A stretch of 64,000 bases of DNA from Candidatus Nomurabacteria bacterium (GCA_943356415.1 CALREW010000001.1:149252-213251), one strand, 5' to 3'; numbered from the stretch's first letter, positions 1 through 10,618 are shown. Translations and numbers: made by a program. Notes: generated by a model not told the origin, from the sequence alone.

Positions 1-1352
1 CAACGACACTCACCCTCATCAACGGCAAACTAAACAAGTTTGTCGAAACAAAAACTGGAGATGAATTACGCATCGGACGTGGGGCGGTCGGTGTTTTGCC
101 GCGTCGCAAGGTGGTGCTTCTTGCGCGAAAGGCAATCAGTCTCGCAAAACAGAATCGTATCAGTGAAATATCTATTGATTGGAAAGAGTGGCGCGCCGCT
201 TCGGCAAAGATGATTGATGATCGTGAGTTAGGCGAAGTTATTGCCACCGCCTTTTCGATGGCTGACTTTGACTTTACTGAGTTTAAAAGCAAACCGAAGG
301 ATGGATTTGCGCAAGTAAAAAGCGTTTCAGTCGTGGGGGCAACGATCACGGCACGCAAAGGTGTCGAACGCGGACTGGCTATCGCCGAATCGGTGAATGC
401 GTGCCGCGCTCTTTCAAATACCCCAGGCAGCGACATGACCCCAGAACTTCTCGCACGGGCAGCACAAAAGGCAGTAGGAGGTACGTCGGCTACCTGCACG
501 GTTCTCAATGTTGCACAGATGGAAAAGCTTGGTATGGGGGCGGTTCTTGGTGTCGGAGCGGGTTCAACATCCGAACCAAAATTTATCGTTCTTGAGTACT
601 GGGGGGCAGGGAAATCTTCTAAAAAGAAGCCGCTGGTTCTTTGCGGTAAAGGTGTCACCTTCGATTCCGGCGGTCTCAACATCAAAACCGGCGACCACAT
701 GTACGAAATGCACCTCGACATGTCCGGAGGTGCCGCCGTCATCCACGCAGTAGCCCTTGCTGCCAAACTAAACCTCAAACGTAATGTTGTAGGCCTCGTG
801 CCCGCAGTAGAAAACATGCCAGGCAATAACGCGTTTCGTCCTGGCGACATTTTGAAGTCGATGTCGGGAAAAACGATTGAGGTTCTAAACACCGACGCGG
901 AAGGTCGTGTCATCCTGGCCGATGCGCTCACCTACGCAAAACGCTACGACCCAGAGGTGGTCCTTGAAGCGTCAACGCTTACCGGCGCTTCTCTTATCGC
1001 ACTCGGGCAGCAGTGTTCAGCGGTACTTGCAACCGACGACAAACTCGCCCGCGATCTAGTAGCGCTCGGTGAGCGTTCCGGAGACTATCTCTGGCAGCTG
1101 CCGTTGTGGGAAGAATACGACTATATGGTTGAAGGTATCTTTGGCGATGTTCCAAATATTCCCGCACAAGGAAATTCTCGATACGCAGGCGTTATCGGCG
1201 GCGGTAAATTCCTGGAAAAATTTGTTGACGGGTTCCGCTTTGCTCACCTCGATATCGCTCCACGCATGACTGCTGCGCCAGGCGAACACCTAGCTAAAGG
1301 TGCCGTCGGCGCTCCTGTGCGACTATTCCTCAGTGCAATTGAGAATCTATAG
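1..1352 (+). CDS. pepA: Leucyl aminopeptidase (M17 family), 5' end likely outside the window: the frame is open back to base 3 and the TTG at 96 is only the first in-window start
   Basis: NTDAEGRVILADALTYA signature of M17 LAP; C-terminal catalytic domain conserved; no stop upstream in frame. Confidence 0.8.
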   Translation, partial: TTLTLINGKLNKFVETKTGDELRIGRGAVGVLPRRKVVLLARKAISLAKQNRISEISIDWKEWRAASAKMIDDRELGEVIATAFSMADFDFTEFKSKPKDGFAQVKSVSVVGATITARKGVERGLAIAESVNACRALSNTPGSDMTPELLARAAQKAVGGTSATCTVLNVAQMEKLGMGAVLGVGAGSTSEPKFIVLEYWGAGKSSKKKPLVLCGKGVTFDSGGLNIKTGDHMYEMHLDMSGGAAVIHAVALAAKLNLKRNVVGLVPAVENMPGNNAFRPGDILKSMSGKTIEVLNTDAEGRVILADALTYAKRYDPEVVLEASTLTGASLIALGQQCSAVLATDDKLARDLVALGERSGDYLWQLPLWEEYDYMVEGIFGDVPNIPAQGNSRYAGVIGGGKFLEKFVDGFRFAHLDIAPRMTAAPGEHLAKGAVGAPVRLFLSAIENL

Positions 1353-1354
1353 CG

Positions 1355-2080
1355 ATGGCGTACGTTGTACGGACAGACGTTTTTGAAGGACCACTTCACT
1401 TGCTGCTTGATCTTATCGAGCGGCGTAAGCTCCTTATCAACGATATATCGCTCTCTCAAGTTGCGGACGACTTTTTAGGACACATCAAAGAACTCCCTGA
1501 ACTTCCGTTAACCGAGACTGCAGAATTCGTTGCACTCGCGGCAACACTACTTCTGATAAAATCGCGCTCACTGCTACCACTGCTTACCCTTACCGAAGAG
1601 GAAAAGGCAGATGTTGCTTCGCTTGAACGACGTTTAGCACAGTTAAAACTTTTTCGAGCAGCAGCAGCTAGTCTTGGGAAGGTATGGAAAGAAACTCCGA
1701 CCGCAGCTCACGTCGGACAAAACCCCGCGCCAGTCTTTGCACCTGACCGCATGACCACACTTGCATACATACAAGAGGCGATTGAGCGCGTGGTGTTTTC
1801 TTTTCCAAAGCCTGTCACCTTGCCGACAGCGATAGTCAAAACAGTAATAAGTCTTGAGGAAATGATCATGCGTCTTACTGAACGCATCAGTGCGCAACTG
1901 AAGATGAGTTTCAAAGAATTTTCCGGCCACGGAAAAGCGGCAAAAGACGATATTATCGTGAGTTTCTTGGCGCTTCTTGAACTGGTCAAGCAGGGTATAA
2001 TCAAGGCCGAACAAGAAGGCGCGTTTGGAGATATTGCGCTTGAAACCGACGCCGTTTCAACTCCCACCTATGGTGGCTGA
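1355..2080 (+). CDS. scpA: Segregation and condensation protein A
   Basis: N-terminal VFEGPLHLLLDLIERRKL motif typical of ScpA; followed by scpB. Confidence 0.8.
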   Translation: MAYVVRTDVFEGPLHLLLDLIERRKLLINDISLSQVADDFLGHIKELPELPLTETAEFVALAATLLLIKSRSLLPLLTLTEEEKADVASLERRLAQLKLFRAAAASLGKVWKETPTAAHVGQNPAPVFAPDRMTTLAYIQEAIERVVFSFPKPVTLPTAIVKTVISLEEMIMRLTERISAQLKMSFKEFSGHGKAAKDDIIVSFLALLELVKQGIIKAEQEGAFGDIALETDAVSTPTYGG

Positions 2081-2085
2081 CACTC

Positions 2086-2649
2086 ATGACACCCACACAA
2101 AATCTTATAACCTACCTGTTTGTTAAAGGCGAACCAACGACCCGGAAAGAACTGTTGCAGTACTTCAAATGGGATGAATCGACGCTTGCGAGTGCACTCA
2201 CTGAAGCGGGAGGCATGTTAAGCGAGTTGTCACTTTCTCTTGTTGATGATGGAAAAGAAATAGAGCTCCGAACCGCCTCCGCAGCGCAACCGCTTGTCGA
2301 TGCTATCCGGAAAGATGAACTTGGTCGTGATATTGGCAAAGCAGGACTTGAGACACTCGCCATTGTTCTTTATAAAGGTGGAGTGAGCCGAGCGGAGATT
2401 GATTACATACGTGGTGTTAACTCCTCACACATCCTTCGAGCGCTCAGTATGCGCGGTCTCGTGCGACGCATCCCAAAGCCAGGCGACGAGCGGAGTTTCC
2501 TATACGAGCCGACCACGGAACTTTTGGGTCACTTAGGCGTATCAAAAATAGATCAGTTGCCAGAGTTTGCTGCGGTACGTGCTAATCTGGCAGAACTTGA
2601 GGCAAGTGCAACGGTCGAAGTCGAAGCAGGAACGAACCATGACGCGTGA
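2086..2649 (+). CDS. scpB: Segregation and condensation protein B
   Basis: ScpB-like winged-helix sequence directly after scpA (4-nt gap). Confidence 0.75.
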   Translation: MTPTQNLITYLFVKGEPTTRKELLQYFKWDESTLASALTEAGGMLSELSLSLVDDGKEIELRTASAAQPLVDAIRKDELGRDIGKAGLETLAIVLYKGGVSRAEIDYIRGVNSSHILRALSMRGLVRRIPKPGDERSFLYEPTTELLGHLGVSKIDQLPEFAAVRANLAELEASATVEVEAGTNHDA

Positions 2650-3523
2650 CGCAATCCTTTTAAGCATAGCTACTGTAGCTGCGGTCGCAGGGCTTCTTCT
2701 CCTTGGCTATCAAACGTACGCACCGCGACCAACGGTGCCGGAAGCGCTGCGCCCTGCACCGACGCCCGCACATTTTAGCGCCGTAACATTGCCGAAAGAC
2801 GCACTCACCGCACAGGCGGCAATACTTTACAATCCCGCAACCAAAGAAGTCTTGTATGCAAAAAACGTCGAACAGCAGCTACCGCTTGCATCTCTCACAA
2901 AACTTGCGACAGCGCTTGCCGCGCTTTCACAAGGCGAAGATCGTTTAGTAACGATCCAATCACAAGATCTCAAAGAAGAAGGGGACTCGGGGCTCAAAGC
3001 AGGAGAGACGTGGCGTCTCGGCGACCTTATCGCCTTCGCACTCACCACCTCAAGCAACGACGGCATAGCGGCAGCGGCAGCGGGCGCTCTCACTCGTACT
3101 GCAGCGATTGAAAAAATGAACGAGGACGCAAAGGCGCAAGGTCTTTCACAGAGTTATTTCCTTAATCCGACCGGGCTCGACATTTCATCCTCGACCGCAG
3201 GTGCATACGGTTCAGCGCGCGACGTCGCGCAACTCGTCGAGACTATGCTACGAACGTATCCGGTCATTTTTGAAGCCACTGCTTATGAGCCCAGCGCACG
3301 CGCACCGAAAGAAGTGAGCACCCTTGCTCCTATACACAATCTCCCGGGTTTTGTTGCCGGAAAAACAGGCGACACAGACCTTGCAGGCGGAAATCTTGCT
3401 GCAGTTGTCGATGGTGGTCTAAACGAGCCACTTATTGCGGTAGTGCTCGGTTCAACACGCGATGGGCGCTTTGACGATGTGCGTACGTTAGTCGCTGCTG
3501 CACAGTCACAACGAGCACAATGA
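2639..3523 (+). CDS. D-alanyl-D-alanine carboxypeptidase (serine-type PBP5/6-like); start placed at ATG 2639 (MTRDAILL) rather than track start 2567
   Basis: SxxK (SLTK), SxN (SSN), KTG (GKTG) motifs; N-terminal TM segment. Confidence 0.7.
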   Translation: MTRDAILLSIATVAAVAGLLLLGYQTYAPRPTVPEALRPAPTPAHFSAVTLPKDALTAQAAILYNPATKEVLYAKNVEQQLPLASLTKLATALAALSQGEDRLVTIQSQDLKEEGDSGLKAGETWRLGDLIAFALTTSSNDGIAAAAAGALTRTAAIEKMNEDAKAQGLSQSYFLNPTGLDISSSTAGAYGSARDVAQLVETMLRTYPVIFEATAYEPSARAPKEVSTLAPIHNLPGFVAGKTGDTDLAGGNLAAVVDGGLNEPLIAVVLGSTRDGRFDDVRTLVAAAQSQRAQ

Positions 3524-4578
3524 GCATCGCCATACTCATCGTCATATTTGGGCCCGCTGTCGCTGCGTTTGCGCTTGGCATCGCCATGACTCCAGCACTG
3601 ACGCATTTTTTGTATTCGCGAAAAATGTGGAAGAAAAAAGGCGGCAAGATAGCGCTCGACGGGAGCACTGCCGAAGTCTTCAACACCCTCCATACTGAAA
3701 AAGAAGTTGGTACTCCACGTTTTGGAGGCATTATCGTATGGGCCAGCGTCTTGGCTTCTGCTGCTTTTTTCTTTGCACTCGCTGCCGCAACGGGTTACAC
3801 GGCACTCTGGGATCTCTCCTTTATTTCACGTGGCGAAACCTGGCTACCACTTGCAACACTCGCGTTAGGAGCGGCGGTTGGACTTATCGATGACCTATAC
3901 GAGGTGCGCGGGGTAGGGGGGTTGCGACTACGCATGCGCCTTATCATCGTGGGGGTCACCGCACTTTTTTGTGCTTGGTGGTTCTACTCCAAGCTTGGAG
4001 TCACGGGCGTTTCCATACCGTTTGATGGCGTCTTAGAGCTTGGTGTGCTTTTTATCCCTCTCTTTATGCTGGTGGCACTTTCTGTCTACGCCGGAGGAGT
4101 TATTGATGGAATCGACGGGCTTGCAGGAGGCGTATTTGCTGCCATGTTTGCCGCGTACGGCGGCATTGCCATTACCAACGGACAGATAGACCTCGCCGCT
4201 TTCTGCGCAACCGTTGTTGGTGGGCTACTCGCGTTTTTATGGTTCAATATCCCACCTGCCAGGTTTTATCTTTCTGAAACAGGGACGATGGGTCTTACTT
4301 TGACGCTTACCGTTGTTGCATTTCTCTCCGATACCCTGAGCGATGGAGTAGGGGTCCTCGTGCTCCCTATTATTGCGCTGCCCCTTGTAGCAACCGTCGG
4401 ATCCGTTTTGCTACAAATCGTTTGGAAAAAGGTGTTTGGAAAAAAACTTCTGCGCATCTCTCCACTACATCACCATTTCGAAGCTATCGGCTGGCCAGCC
4501 TATAAGGTGACGATGCGCTATTGGATTGTCTCTGTTATGTGCGCGATCATGGGGGTGAGCATCTCTTTGTTGGGATAA
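3520..4578 (+). CDS. mraY: Phospho-N-acetylmuramoyl-pentapeptide transferase (MraY-like polyprenyl-phosphate glycosyl-1-P transferase)
   Basis: GTPRFGG and PLHHHFE motifs, multi-TM; dcw context upstream of ftsW. Confidence 0.65.
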   Translation: MSIAILIVIFGPAVAAFALGIAMTPALTHFLYSRKMWKKKGGKIALDGSTAEVFNTLHTEKEVGTPRFGGIIVWASVLASAAFFFALAAATGYTALWDLSFISRGETWLPLATLALGAAVGLIDDLYEVRGVGGLRLRMRLIIVGVTALFCAWWFYSKLGVTGVSIPFDGVLELGVLFIPLFMLVALSVYAGGVIDGIDGLAGGVFAAMFAAYGGIAITNGQIDLAAFCATVVGGLLAFLWFNIPPARFYLSETGTMGLTLTLTVVAFLSDTLSDGVGVLVLPIIALPLVATVGSVLLQIVWKKVFGKKLLRISPLHHHFEAIGWPAYKVTMRYWIVSVMCAIMGVSISLLG

Positions 4579-4599
4579 CCCGCGGTACAATGTCCGGTA

Positions 4600-5700
4600 A
4601 TGAAGTCTGGACATCTTGATTACCCGTTCCTTTTTGTAACGTTACTGCTGTCTGCAACTGGCTTTCTTATTTTCTCGTCTGCAGCACTGGGTCTCCTTGC
4701 TCGCGAAGGCGCTTCGTTTGCAACGGTAGCTGGTACGCAAGTCCTCTTTGGTATTGTCTGCGGACTTATCGCCCTGTATGTCACCTCTCGTATAGACACC
4801 CGGTTATTGCGTCGCTTTTCTATCTATGTCTTTGGTATTTCGTGGATTGCGGCGTGGCTTCCATTTGTACCAGTTATTGGGCTCACGCTTAAAGGGGCGC
4901 ACCGTTGGATCGAGATAGGCGGCCTTTCATTCCAGCCTGCGGAACTCCTTAAAGTAGGGACTATCATTCTGCTCTCCTCGTACTTTGCTGCGTTTGCAAA
5001 CAAAGCCCACACCATCCGACACGGACTTATCCCATTTCTCGGCATTATTGCGATTGCCGCACTTCCGCTTGCCTTGCAACCCGACCACGACGGCATTCTT
5101 ATCCTCGGCATTGCCGGAGCTGCGGTGTACTTTGCGGCAGGGGGTCGCTTCCTTCATCTGCTTGGACTTGGCGTACTAGCGGCTGTAGTAGCAGCGCTGT
5201 TTATTTTCTCCAGACCTTACGTGATGGATCGCATAAAAACGTTTATCGACCCTTCACGCGACCCGCTTGGTGCCGGCTATCAAGTGACCCAATCGATTAT
5301 CGCCGTGGGTTCTGGTCAAGCGGTCGGTCGCGGCTTTGGACAAAGTATTCAAAAGTTCTCGCACCTACCCGAACCAATAGGGGACTCGGTATTTGCGGTT
5401 GCTGCTGAAGAGTTTGGTTTTGCCGGTTCAGTATTTTTAATAACGCTCTTCGTTGCATTTGCTGCGGCAGGTTTACGCATCGCTGCACTTTCAGCAGATA
5501 GATTTGGTGGCCTATTGGCGGTCGGACTTGTTGTGCACATAGTTAGCCAATCATTTATCAATATTGCATCTATGTTGGCGCTCTTTCCGTTATCGGGAAC
5601 CCCGCTTATTTTTGTAAGCCATGGCGGCACAGCCCTTCTTATTGCGCTCGCCGAGACTGGTATCATCCTTTCTGTATCGAGGCGTTTACGTAGTTCCTAA
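4600..5700 (+). CDS. ftsW: SEDS family peptidoglycan glycosyltransferase (FtsW/RodA)
   Basis: 10-TM SEDS-like sequence; between mraY and murG. Confidence 0.75.
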   Translation: MKSGHLDYPFLFVTLLLSATGFLIFSSAALGLLAREGASFATVAGTQVLFGIVCGLIALYVTSRIDTRLLRRFSIYVFGISWIAAWLPFVPVIGLTLKGAHRWIEIGGLSFQPAELLKVGTIILLSSYFAAFANKAHTIRHGLIPFLGIIAIAALPLALQPDHDGILILGIAGAAVYFAAGGRFLHLLGLGVLAAVVAALFIFSRPYVMDRIKTFIDPSRDPLGAGYQVTQSIIAVGSGQAVGRGFGQSIQKFSHLPEPIGDSVFAVAAEEFGFAGSVFLITLFVAFAAAGLRIAALSADRFGGLLAVGLVVHIVSQSFINIASMLALFPLSGTPLIFVSHGGTALLIALAETGIILSVSRRLRSS

Positions 5701-5705
5701 ATTGC

Positions 5706-5730
5706 GAACGCCCCCAAGTGAGGGGGCGTT
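5706..5730 (+). terminator. GC-rich hairpin AACGCCCCC-aagtga-GGGGGCGTT after ftsW, at the boundary of a GC-rich island
   Basis: 9-bp perfect stem; second hairpin AGACGG-agg-CCGTCT follows. Confidence 0.4.
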
Positions 5731-5769
5731 GCCCGAAGACGGAGGCCGTCTGCGGTAGTTGTTGTTGGT

Positions 5770-6618
5770 TCACCAGCGCCAGTTGATGGTGATGGCCCTG
5801 GTCTCGTGGACCTTGGCCAGCATGTAGCCAGCGAAACCGGCGACCAGGCTACCGGTCAGGAAGATGACCGTCGCCGTGGTATTGAAGCCAGGCGTGAAGC
5901 CCGTCACCTTGCCGATGGCGAGGCCGGTCAGCATGCCGAGCGCGGCTCCAGTCACCGCCGCGATGTGGGCATCCGAGACGGTGAACCAGTAGAAAGCCGT
6001 CGCAAACCGCGCAGCGAAGCGCACGATGGCCACGACAGCCGACAGCAGGTACGTCGAGTAGTGGACGACGCCCATCGGCATCCAGATCAGCAGCGCGGGG
6101 ATGCTGAAGTAGAGGAACGCCGAACCAGGAGCGACCCCGATGACATCAAACACGAAGCCGGTGCTGTAGCTCATCTTCTTCTCGAGGCGTTGGGCGCCAT
6201 ACATGGCACCGAGCGCGATGATGCCCGGCAGTCCAGCGAAGACGAAGGCACTCGTGGCCACTTCGCTGAATCCCGCTCCCACCGCGAGCGCTGCATCCAC
6301 TGGCGGAAGAGCCATGGCGGCCCAAAAGAAGAAGCCGTAGATAGCGGTGCCGCTAGCAACGAGATAGACCACAGCCACGATGACAGTGGTCCTCCTCCAG
6401 ACCGCACGGAGGTGCGCCGGATCGGTCGTCGTCGCCCACGCGTGCCGAAGACCGGCAAGGAAGGCTGCGGGGTCGCTCATGAACCACGAAACAGCGAGGC
6501 CGAGGAGCGAGCAGCAGACCAGCGACAAGCCGGTCGTGCCGAGGTACGCGTAGAAGGCGAGAAAGGTCGCCGCTCCGCCAATCGCAGAGAGAGCAACCTG
6601 ACGCTGCAGATGTGTCAC
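5770..6618 (-). CDS. Hypothetical multi-TM membrane protein in a GC-rich (about 62%) island between ftsW and murG
   Basis: Long ORF with multiple hydrophobic helices; opposite-strand ORF 5806..6744 is Arg/Asp-rich low-complexity, typical antisense artefact. Confidence 0.45.
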   Translation of the reverse strand: MTHLQRQVALSAIGGAATFLAFYAYLGTTGLSLVCCSLLGLAVSWFMSDPAAFLAGLRHAWATTTDPAHLRAVWRRTTVIVAVVYLVASGTAIYGFFFWAAMALPPVDAALAVGAGFSEVATSAFVFAGLPGIIALGAMYGAQRLEKKMSYSTGFVFDVIGVAPGSAFLYFSIPALLIWMPMGVVHYSTYLLSAVVAIVRFAARFATAFYWFTVSDAHIAAVTGAALGMLTGLAIGKVTGFTPGFNTTATVIFLTGSLVAGFAGYMLAKVHETRAITINWRW

Positions 6619-6772
6619 GCTTTGTGCACTCCGTCTTTACGGACATCCGGAAGTGGAGCCGTTCCGAAATGCACTGTACTACTGAAAATAGACTTCGTCT
6701 ATAGTACGCCGCTTACTGGGAAATACTCTTTAATTTCATGCTAATCTGTAGGAACTACTAATAGTCAGAGGG

Positions 6773-7900
6773 ATGAAAATACTGCTTACAGGAGGAGGTT
6801 CAGGAGGCCATTTTTACCCCATAATCGCGGTGGCAGAAGCTATCCGTGACTTGGCAAAAGAGCGCAAGCTGCTCGATCCTTTTCTCTATTACGCGGCGCC
6901 AGAGCCGTATAATGCGCAGTCTCTTGTTGAGAACGATATTACATTCGTCCAGACTTCAGCCGGAAAGATGCGACGCTATTTTTCATTGCTTAACTTTTTT
7001 GATTTCTTCAAAACGGCATGGGGGGTTACGGTGTCAGTCTTTCGCATTTTTTTCCTGTACCCAGACGTTATTTTTGGCAAAGGAGGGTACGCGTCGTTCC
7101 CGACACTCCTTGCGGCGCGACTTTTTCGCATTCCAGTTGTCATTCACGAGTCCGACACCGTGCCTGGACGCGTAAACAAATGGGCGGGTAAATTTGCCAC
7201 ACGTATCGCCGTCTCGTACCCACGCGCCGCAGCATTTTTCCCAAAGGACAAAGTGGCAGTGACCGGTAACCCCATACGCAAAGCGATACTCACACCCGCA
7301 ACCGAAGGAGCGCACGAGTTTCTCAAACTTGAGCGGGAAGTGCCTGTCATTCTCGTTGTTGGTGGTTCACAAGGCTCTGCAGTTTTAAACGACGCCATAC
7401 TGCGTGCATTGCCTGACCTTCTTGCAGATTTTCAAATCATCCATCAGACCGGCGCGGCAAACCTCGCAGAAGTTGAACAGCTGGCGTCAGTTATTCTTGC
7501 AGACTCGCCCTACAAAGGACGCTACCGCCCGTTTGCATATCTCGACGATCTTGCGACACGTATGTCTGCCGGGGCCGCGTCGCTTGTTATTTCTCGTGCC
7601 GGTTCTGCCATCTTTGAAATTGCCGCGTGGGGCAAGCCAGCCATTCTCATTCCTATTCCAGATAGCATTGTGAAAGATCAAACAACAAACGCCTTTACGT
7701 ACGCACGCGGAGGTGGAGCCGTGGTGATAGAACAAAACAATCTCTCCGCGACACTTCTTGCATCAGAAATTCGCCGCATCCTCAACAATCAAGATCTCTA
7801 TGACCGCATGCGTCTTGCTGCGACTGCTTCATCGACGGCAGATGCGGCGCGCATTATTGCAGACGAATTGTTACGCATCGCACTCTCGCACGAAAAGTAA
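6773..7900 (+). CDS. murG: Undecaprenyldiphospho-muramoylpentapeptide beta-N-acetylglucosaminyltransferase
   Basis: MKILLTGGGSGGHFYP N-terminus, GT28 family. Confidence 0.85.
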   Translation: MKILLTGGGSGGHFYPIIAVAEAIRDLAKERKLLDPFLYYAAPEPYNAQSLVENDITFVQTSAGKMRRYFSLLNFFDFFKTAWGVTVSVFRIFFLYPDVIFGKGGYASFPTLLAARLFRIPVVIHESDTVPGRVNKWAGKFATRIAVSYPRAAAFFPKDKVAVTGNPIRKAILTPATEGAHEFLKLEREVPVILVVGGSQGSAVLNDAILRALPDLLADFQIIHQTGAANLAEVEQLASVILADSPYKGRYRPFAYLDDLATRMSAGAASLVISRAGSAIFEIAAWGKPAILIPIPDSIVKDQTTNAFTYARGGGAVVIEQNNLSATLLASEIRRILNNQDLYDRMRLAATASSTADAARIIADELLRIALSHEK

Positions 7901-9231
7901 TGTTTGATTTTCTTAAAACAAAACCGCGTGTACGCATGGCACCGTCTCCAACGGGTAACCTGCATATCGGGACTGCACGCACCACACTTATTAACTACCT
8001 ATTTGCAAAAAGTACCGGCGGAACGTTTGTTGTGCGCGTTGAAGATACCGACAAAGAACGCAGCAAGCTAGAATTTGAAAAAAATATCCTCGATGGTTTT
8101 ACGTGGCTCGGTCTTACCTGGGACGAGTTTTATCGCCAATCAGAGCGCACCGACATATATAAAAAGGCACTCGCTCGTCTTATCAAAGAAGACAAGGCAT
8201 ACGTATCTAAAGAACCCGGCAAGAAAGACCCAAACGAAACTGTTGAAGTTGTGCGCTTACGGAACCCTGGAGGCACCGTAACCTTTGATGATGTTGTTCG
8301 TGGCCCGATCACTACTGACGTATCTGACTTAGGAGATTTTGTTATTGCTCGTGCCATTGATGACCCGCTGTATCACTTTGCGGTGGTAGTAGATGACGGC
8401 GAGACAGGCATTACGCACGTGATTCGCGGCGACGACCATATCAGCAACACGCCGCGCCAAATCCTTATTCTTGAGGCGCTCGGTTACACACGCCCTATTT
8501 ACGCGCACTTGCCGCTCGTGTTAGCACCCGACCGCTCGAAACTTTCTAAACGACATGGGGCAACCGCGCTCGACGATTACCGTGCGATGGGCTTTATACC
8601 CGAAGGCCTTACCAACTACCTTGCCTTCCTTGGCTGGAATCCCGGCACCGAGCAAGAAATCTTTACCCTCGAAGAATTGAGTCGTGCCTTCAAACTCGAG
8701 CAGCTCCAGAAGAGCGGCGCAATTTTTGATATGACTCGTCTTTCCTTTGTAAATCGTGAACACCTAAAGAGGCTCCCTGAGAACGAGTTTGCAAAACGCT
8801 TAGCGGATTTTGGTGTAACGGCAGACTCACGCCTGCTCCCACTTCTTCATGAACGTGTATCAACGCTTAAGGAAGCCGCTGACCTCCTTCTTAGCGACGA
8901 GTTCGCATTCCTCGGGACGGCCCCAGTCCAGGATGCCACCCTGCTCGTGCCTCGAGTCAAAGACAGGGAAGTAAGCCGGGGTGAGACCGCAGAGCATCTG
9001 GGCACTGTTTTAAGCCTTTTGGAGGCTATTTCCCCATCACAGTTCACTGCTGAAGCAGTTAAAGAGGTGGTGTGGCCCTACGCAGAAAAAGAAGGGAAGG
9101 GGGTTGTGCTGTGGCCCATGCGTGTAGGGTTAACCGGTAAGGAGCGCTCGCCAGATCCTTTCACAGTCGCAGCTCTGCTTGGAAAAGAAGAAACTGTTGC
9201 GCGTCTTACTGCCGCACGCACCGCGCTCTAA
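7900..9231 (+). CDS. gltX: Glutamyl-tRNA synthetase
   Basis: PSPTGNLHIG (HIGH) and KLSKRHG (KMSKS) motifs; TAATG overlap with murG stop. Confidence 0.9.
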   Translation: MFDFLKTKPRVRMAPSPTGNLHIGTARTTLINYLFAKSTGGTFVVRVEDTDKERSKLEFEKNILDGFTWLGLTWDEFYRQSERTDIYKKALARLIKEDKAYVSKEPGKKDPNETVEVVRLRNPGGTVTFDDVVRGPITTDVSDLGDFVIARAIDDPLYHFAVVVDDGETGITHVIRGDDHISNTPRQILILEALGYTRPIYAHLPLVLAPDRSKLSKRHGATALDDYRAMGFIPEGLTNYLAFLGWNPGTEQEIFTLEELSRAFKLEQLQKSGAIFDMTRLSFVNREHLKRLPENEFAKRLADFGVTADSRLLPLLHERVSTLKEAADLLLSDEFAFLGTAPVQDATLLVPRVKDREVSRGETAEHLGTVLSLLEAISPSQFTAEAVKEVVWPYAEKEGKGVVLWPMRVGLTGKERSPDPFTVAALLGKEETVARLTAARTAL

Positions 9232-9258
9232 AGCTCGTAGCGTATAATCAAACAATAA

Positions 9259-10563
9259 ATGCGTTTCCGTACTGTCTTGGTATTTATTTTTGTGCTTAGC
9301 TTGTGCGCCTCGGCGCAACGGGTAGCCCTTTTTATACCCACATCTATCGTCTACGCCGCAACTGAAGAAGAACTTAAGGCGCAAATAGACGAACACTCGA
9401 AACGTATCAATGACCTTGAAGCCGAAATATCAAAAATAGAAGTCGATCTTGCGACAACGACAAAACAGAAACAAACCCTGCAATCGACCATAAAAACGAT
9501 TGACCTCTCGCGTCAAAAAGTGAGCAGCAACATCAACCTCACTCAAAATAAAATACAAAAAACTGATCTTCAGATAACCGGACTCGCCGAAAATATTACC
9601 GAGACGGATAAAAAAATACACCGTCAACGCGAGGCAGTCCTTCTCGCACTCGCGTCCGTTTCTGATCTTGAAGATAGCGGCCTCGCCGTCTCACTTTTCT
9701 CTGGTGAAGATTTCTCGTCGTTTTTTGCTTCTGCCGCATCATTGTCGAGTTTGCGCGAAGCGCTACGTGCTCAAGTAGAAAAACTTTCGGGACTCAAGAC
9801 CAATCTTCAGGTCAGCAAAAGTTCTGCTGAAACTAAGCGCGCTGAACTTGCCGCACTCAAACGCGACCTCGCAGACCAAAAATCGCTTCTCGATCAAAAT
9901 CGAAAAGAGAAAGATTCGCTTTTAACTACAACAAAAAACAAAGAAGCGAACTATCAAAAACTCCTTGAAGAAAAGCGTGCGCTTAAAGCGCAGTTTGAAT
10001 CAGACCTTCGTGACTTTGAAAACCAGCTTAACCTCACGGTTGATGCGGCGAGTATCCCGAAATATGGCTCCGGCGTTTTGAAATGGCCAGTTGATAAGGT
10101 GGTTATCACTCAAAACTTTGGCAACACGGCATTCTCGACACAAAACCCACAGATTTATAGCGGCAAAGGGCACAACGGCATCGACCTTGGTATTCCTTCC
10201 GGTAGCAAAATTAAAGCTGCACGCGGAGGCACCGTAAAAGGTACCGGCGACACTGACCTTACCTGTCCGAATGCCTCCTACGGCAAATGGGTTCTTGTTC
10301 AACACGACAACGGACTTTCAACCCTCTACGCCCACCTCTCCTATATCCGCGTGACCACGGGCACGAGTGTTGCGACAGGGGATTTGCTCGGCTACAGCGG
10401 CAACACTGGCTACTCAACTGGTCCACATCTTCACTTCACTGTCTATGCAACACAAGGTGTCGAAATACGTTCCTTCTCTAGTCAGTCGTGTAAAGGAAAG
10501 AAGTACACCATGCCCGTTGCTGATACCAAAGCGTATCTAAATCCGCTTTCATACCTACCGTAA
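9259..10563 (+). CDS. M23 family metallopeptidase with N-terminal coiled coil (EnvC/NlpD-like murein hydrolase activator)
   Basis: Signal peptide, long coiled coil, C-terminal GHNGIDL...YAHL...HLHF M23 motifs. Confidence 0.8.
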   Translation: MRFRTVLVFIFVLSLCASAQRVALFIPTSIVYAATEEELKAQIDEHSKRINDLEAEISKIEVDLATTTKQKQTLQSTIKTIDLSRQKVSSNINLTQNKIQKTDLQITGLAENITETDKKIHRQREAVLLALASVSDLEDSGLAVSLFSGEDFSSFFASAASLSSLREALRAQVEKLSGLKTNLQVSKSSAETKRAELAALKRDLADQKSLLDQNRKEKDSLLTTTKNKEANYQKLLEEKRALKAQFESDLRDFENQLNLTVDAASIPKYGSGVLKWPVDKVVITQNFGNTAFSTQNPQIYSGKGHNGIDLGIPSGSKIKAARGGTVKGTGDTDLTCPNASYGKWVLVQHDNGLSTLYAHLSYIRVTTGTSVATGDLLGYSGNTGYSTGPHLHFTVYATQGVEIRSFSSQSCKGKKYTMPVADTKAYLNPLSYLP

Positions 10564-10618
10564 TGCAAAAGGCGCTGCGGGATTTCTCCCGAGCGCCTTC
10601 GCCCGTTTCTTGATGCGC

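Noticed and set aside
5806-6744. 312-aa plus-strand ORF opposite the membrane-protein ORF 5770..6618
   Set aside because: Arg/Asp/Glu-rich low-complexity translation typical of an antisense frame in GC-rich DNA; the minus-strand ORF has coherent TM helices.
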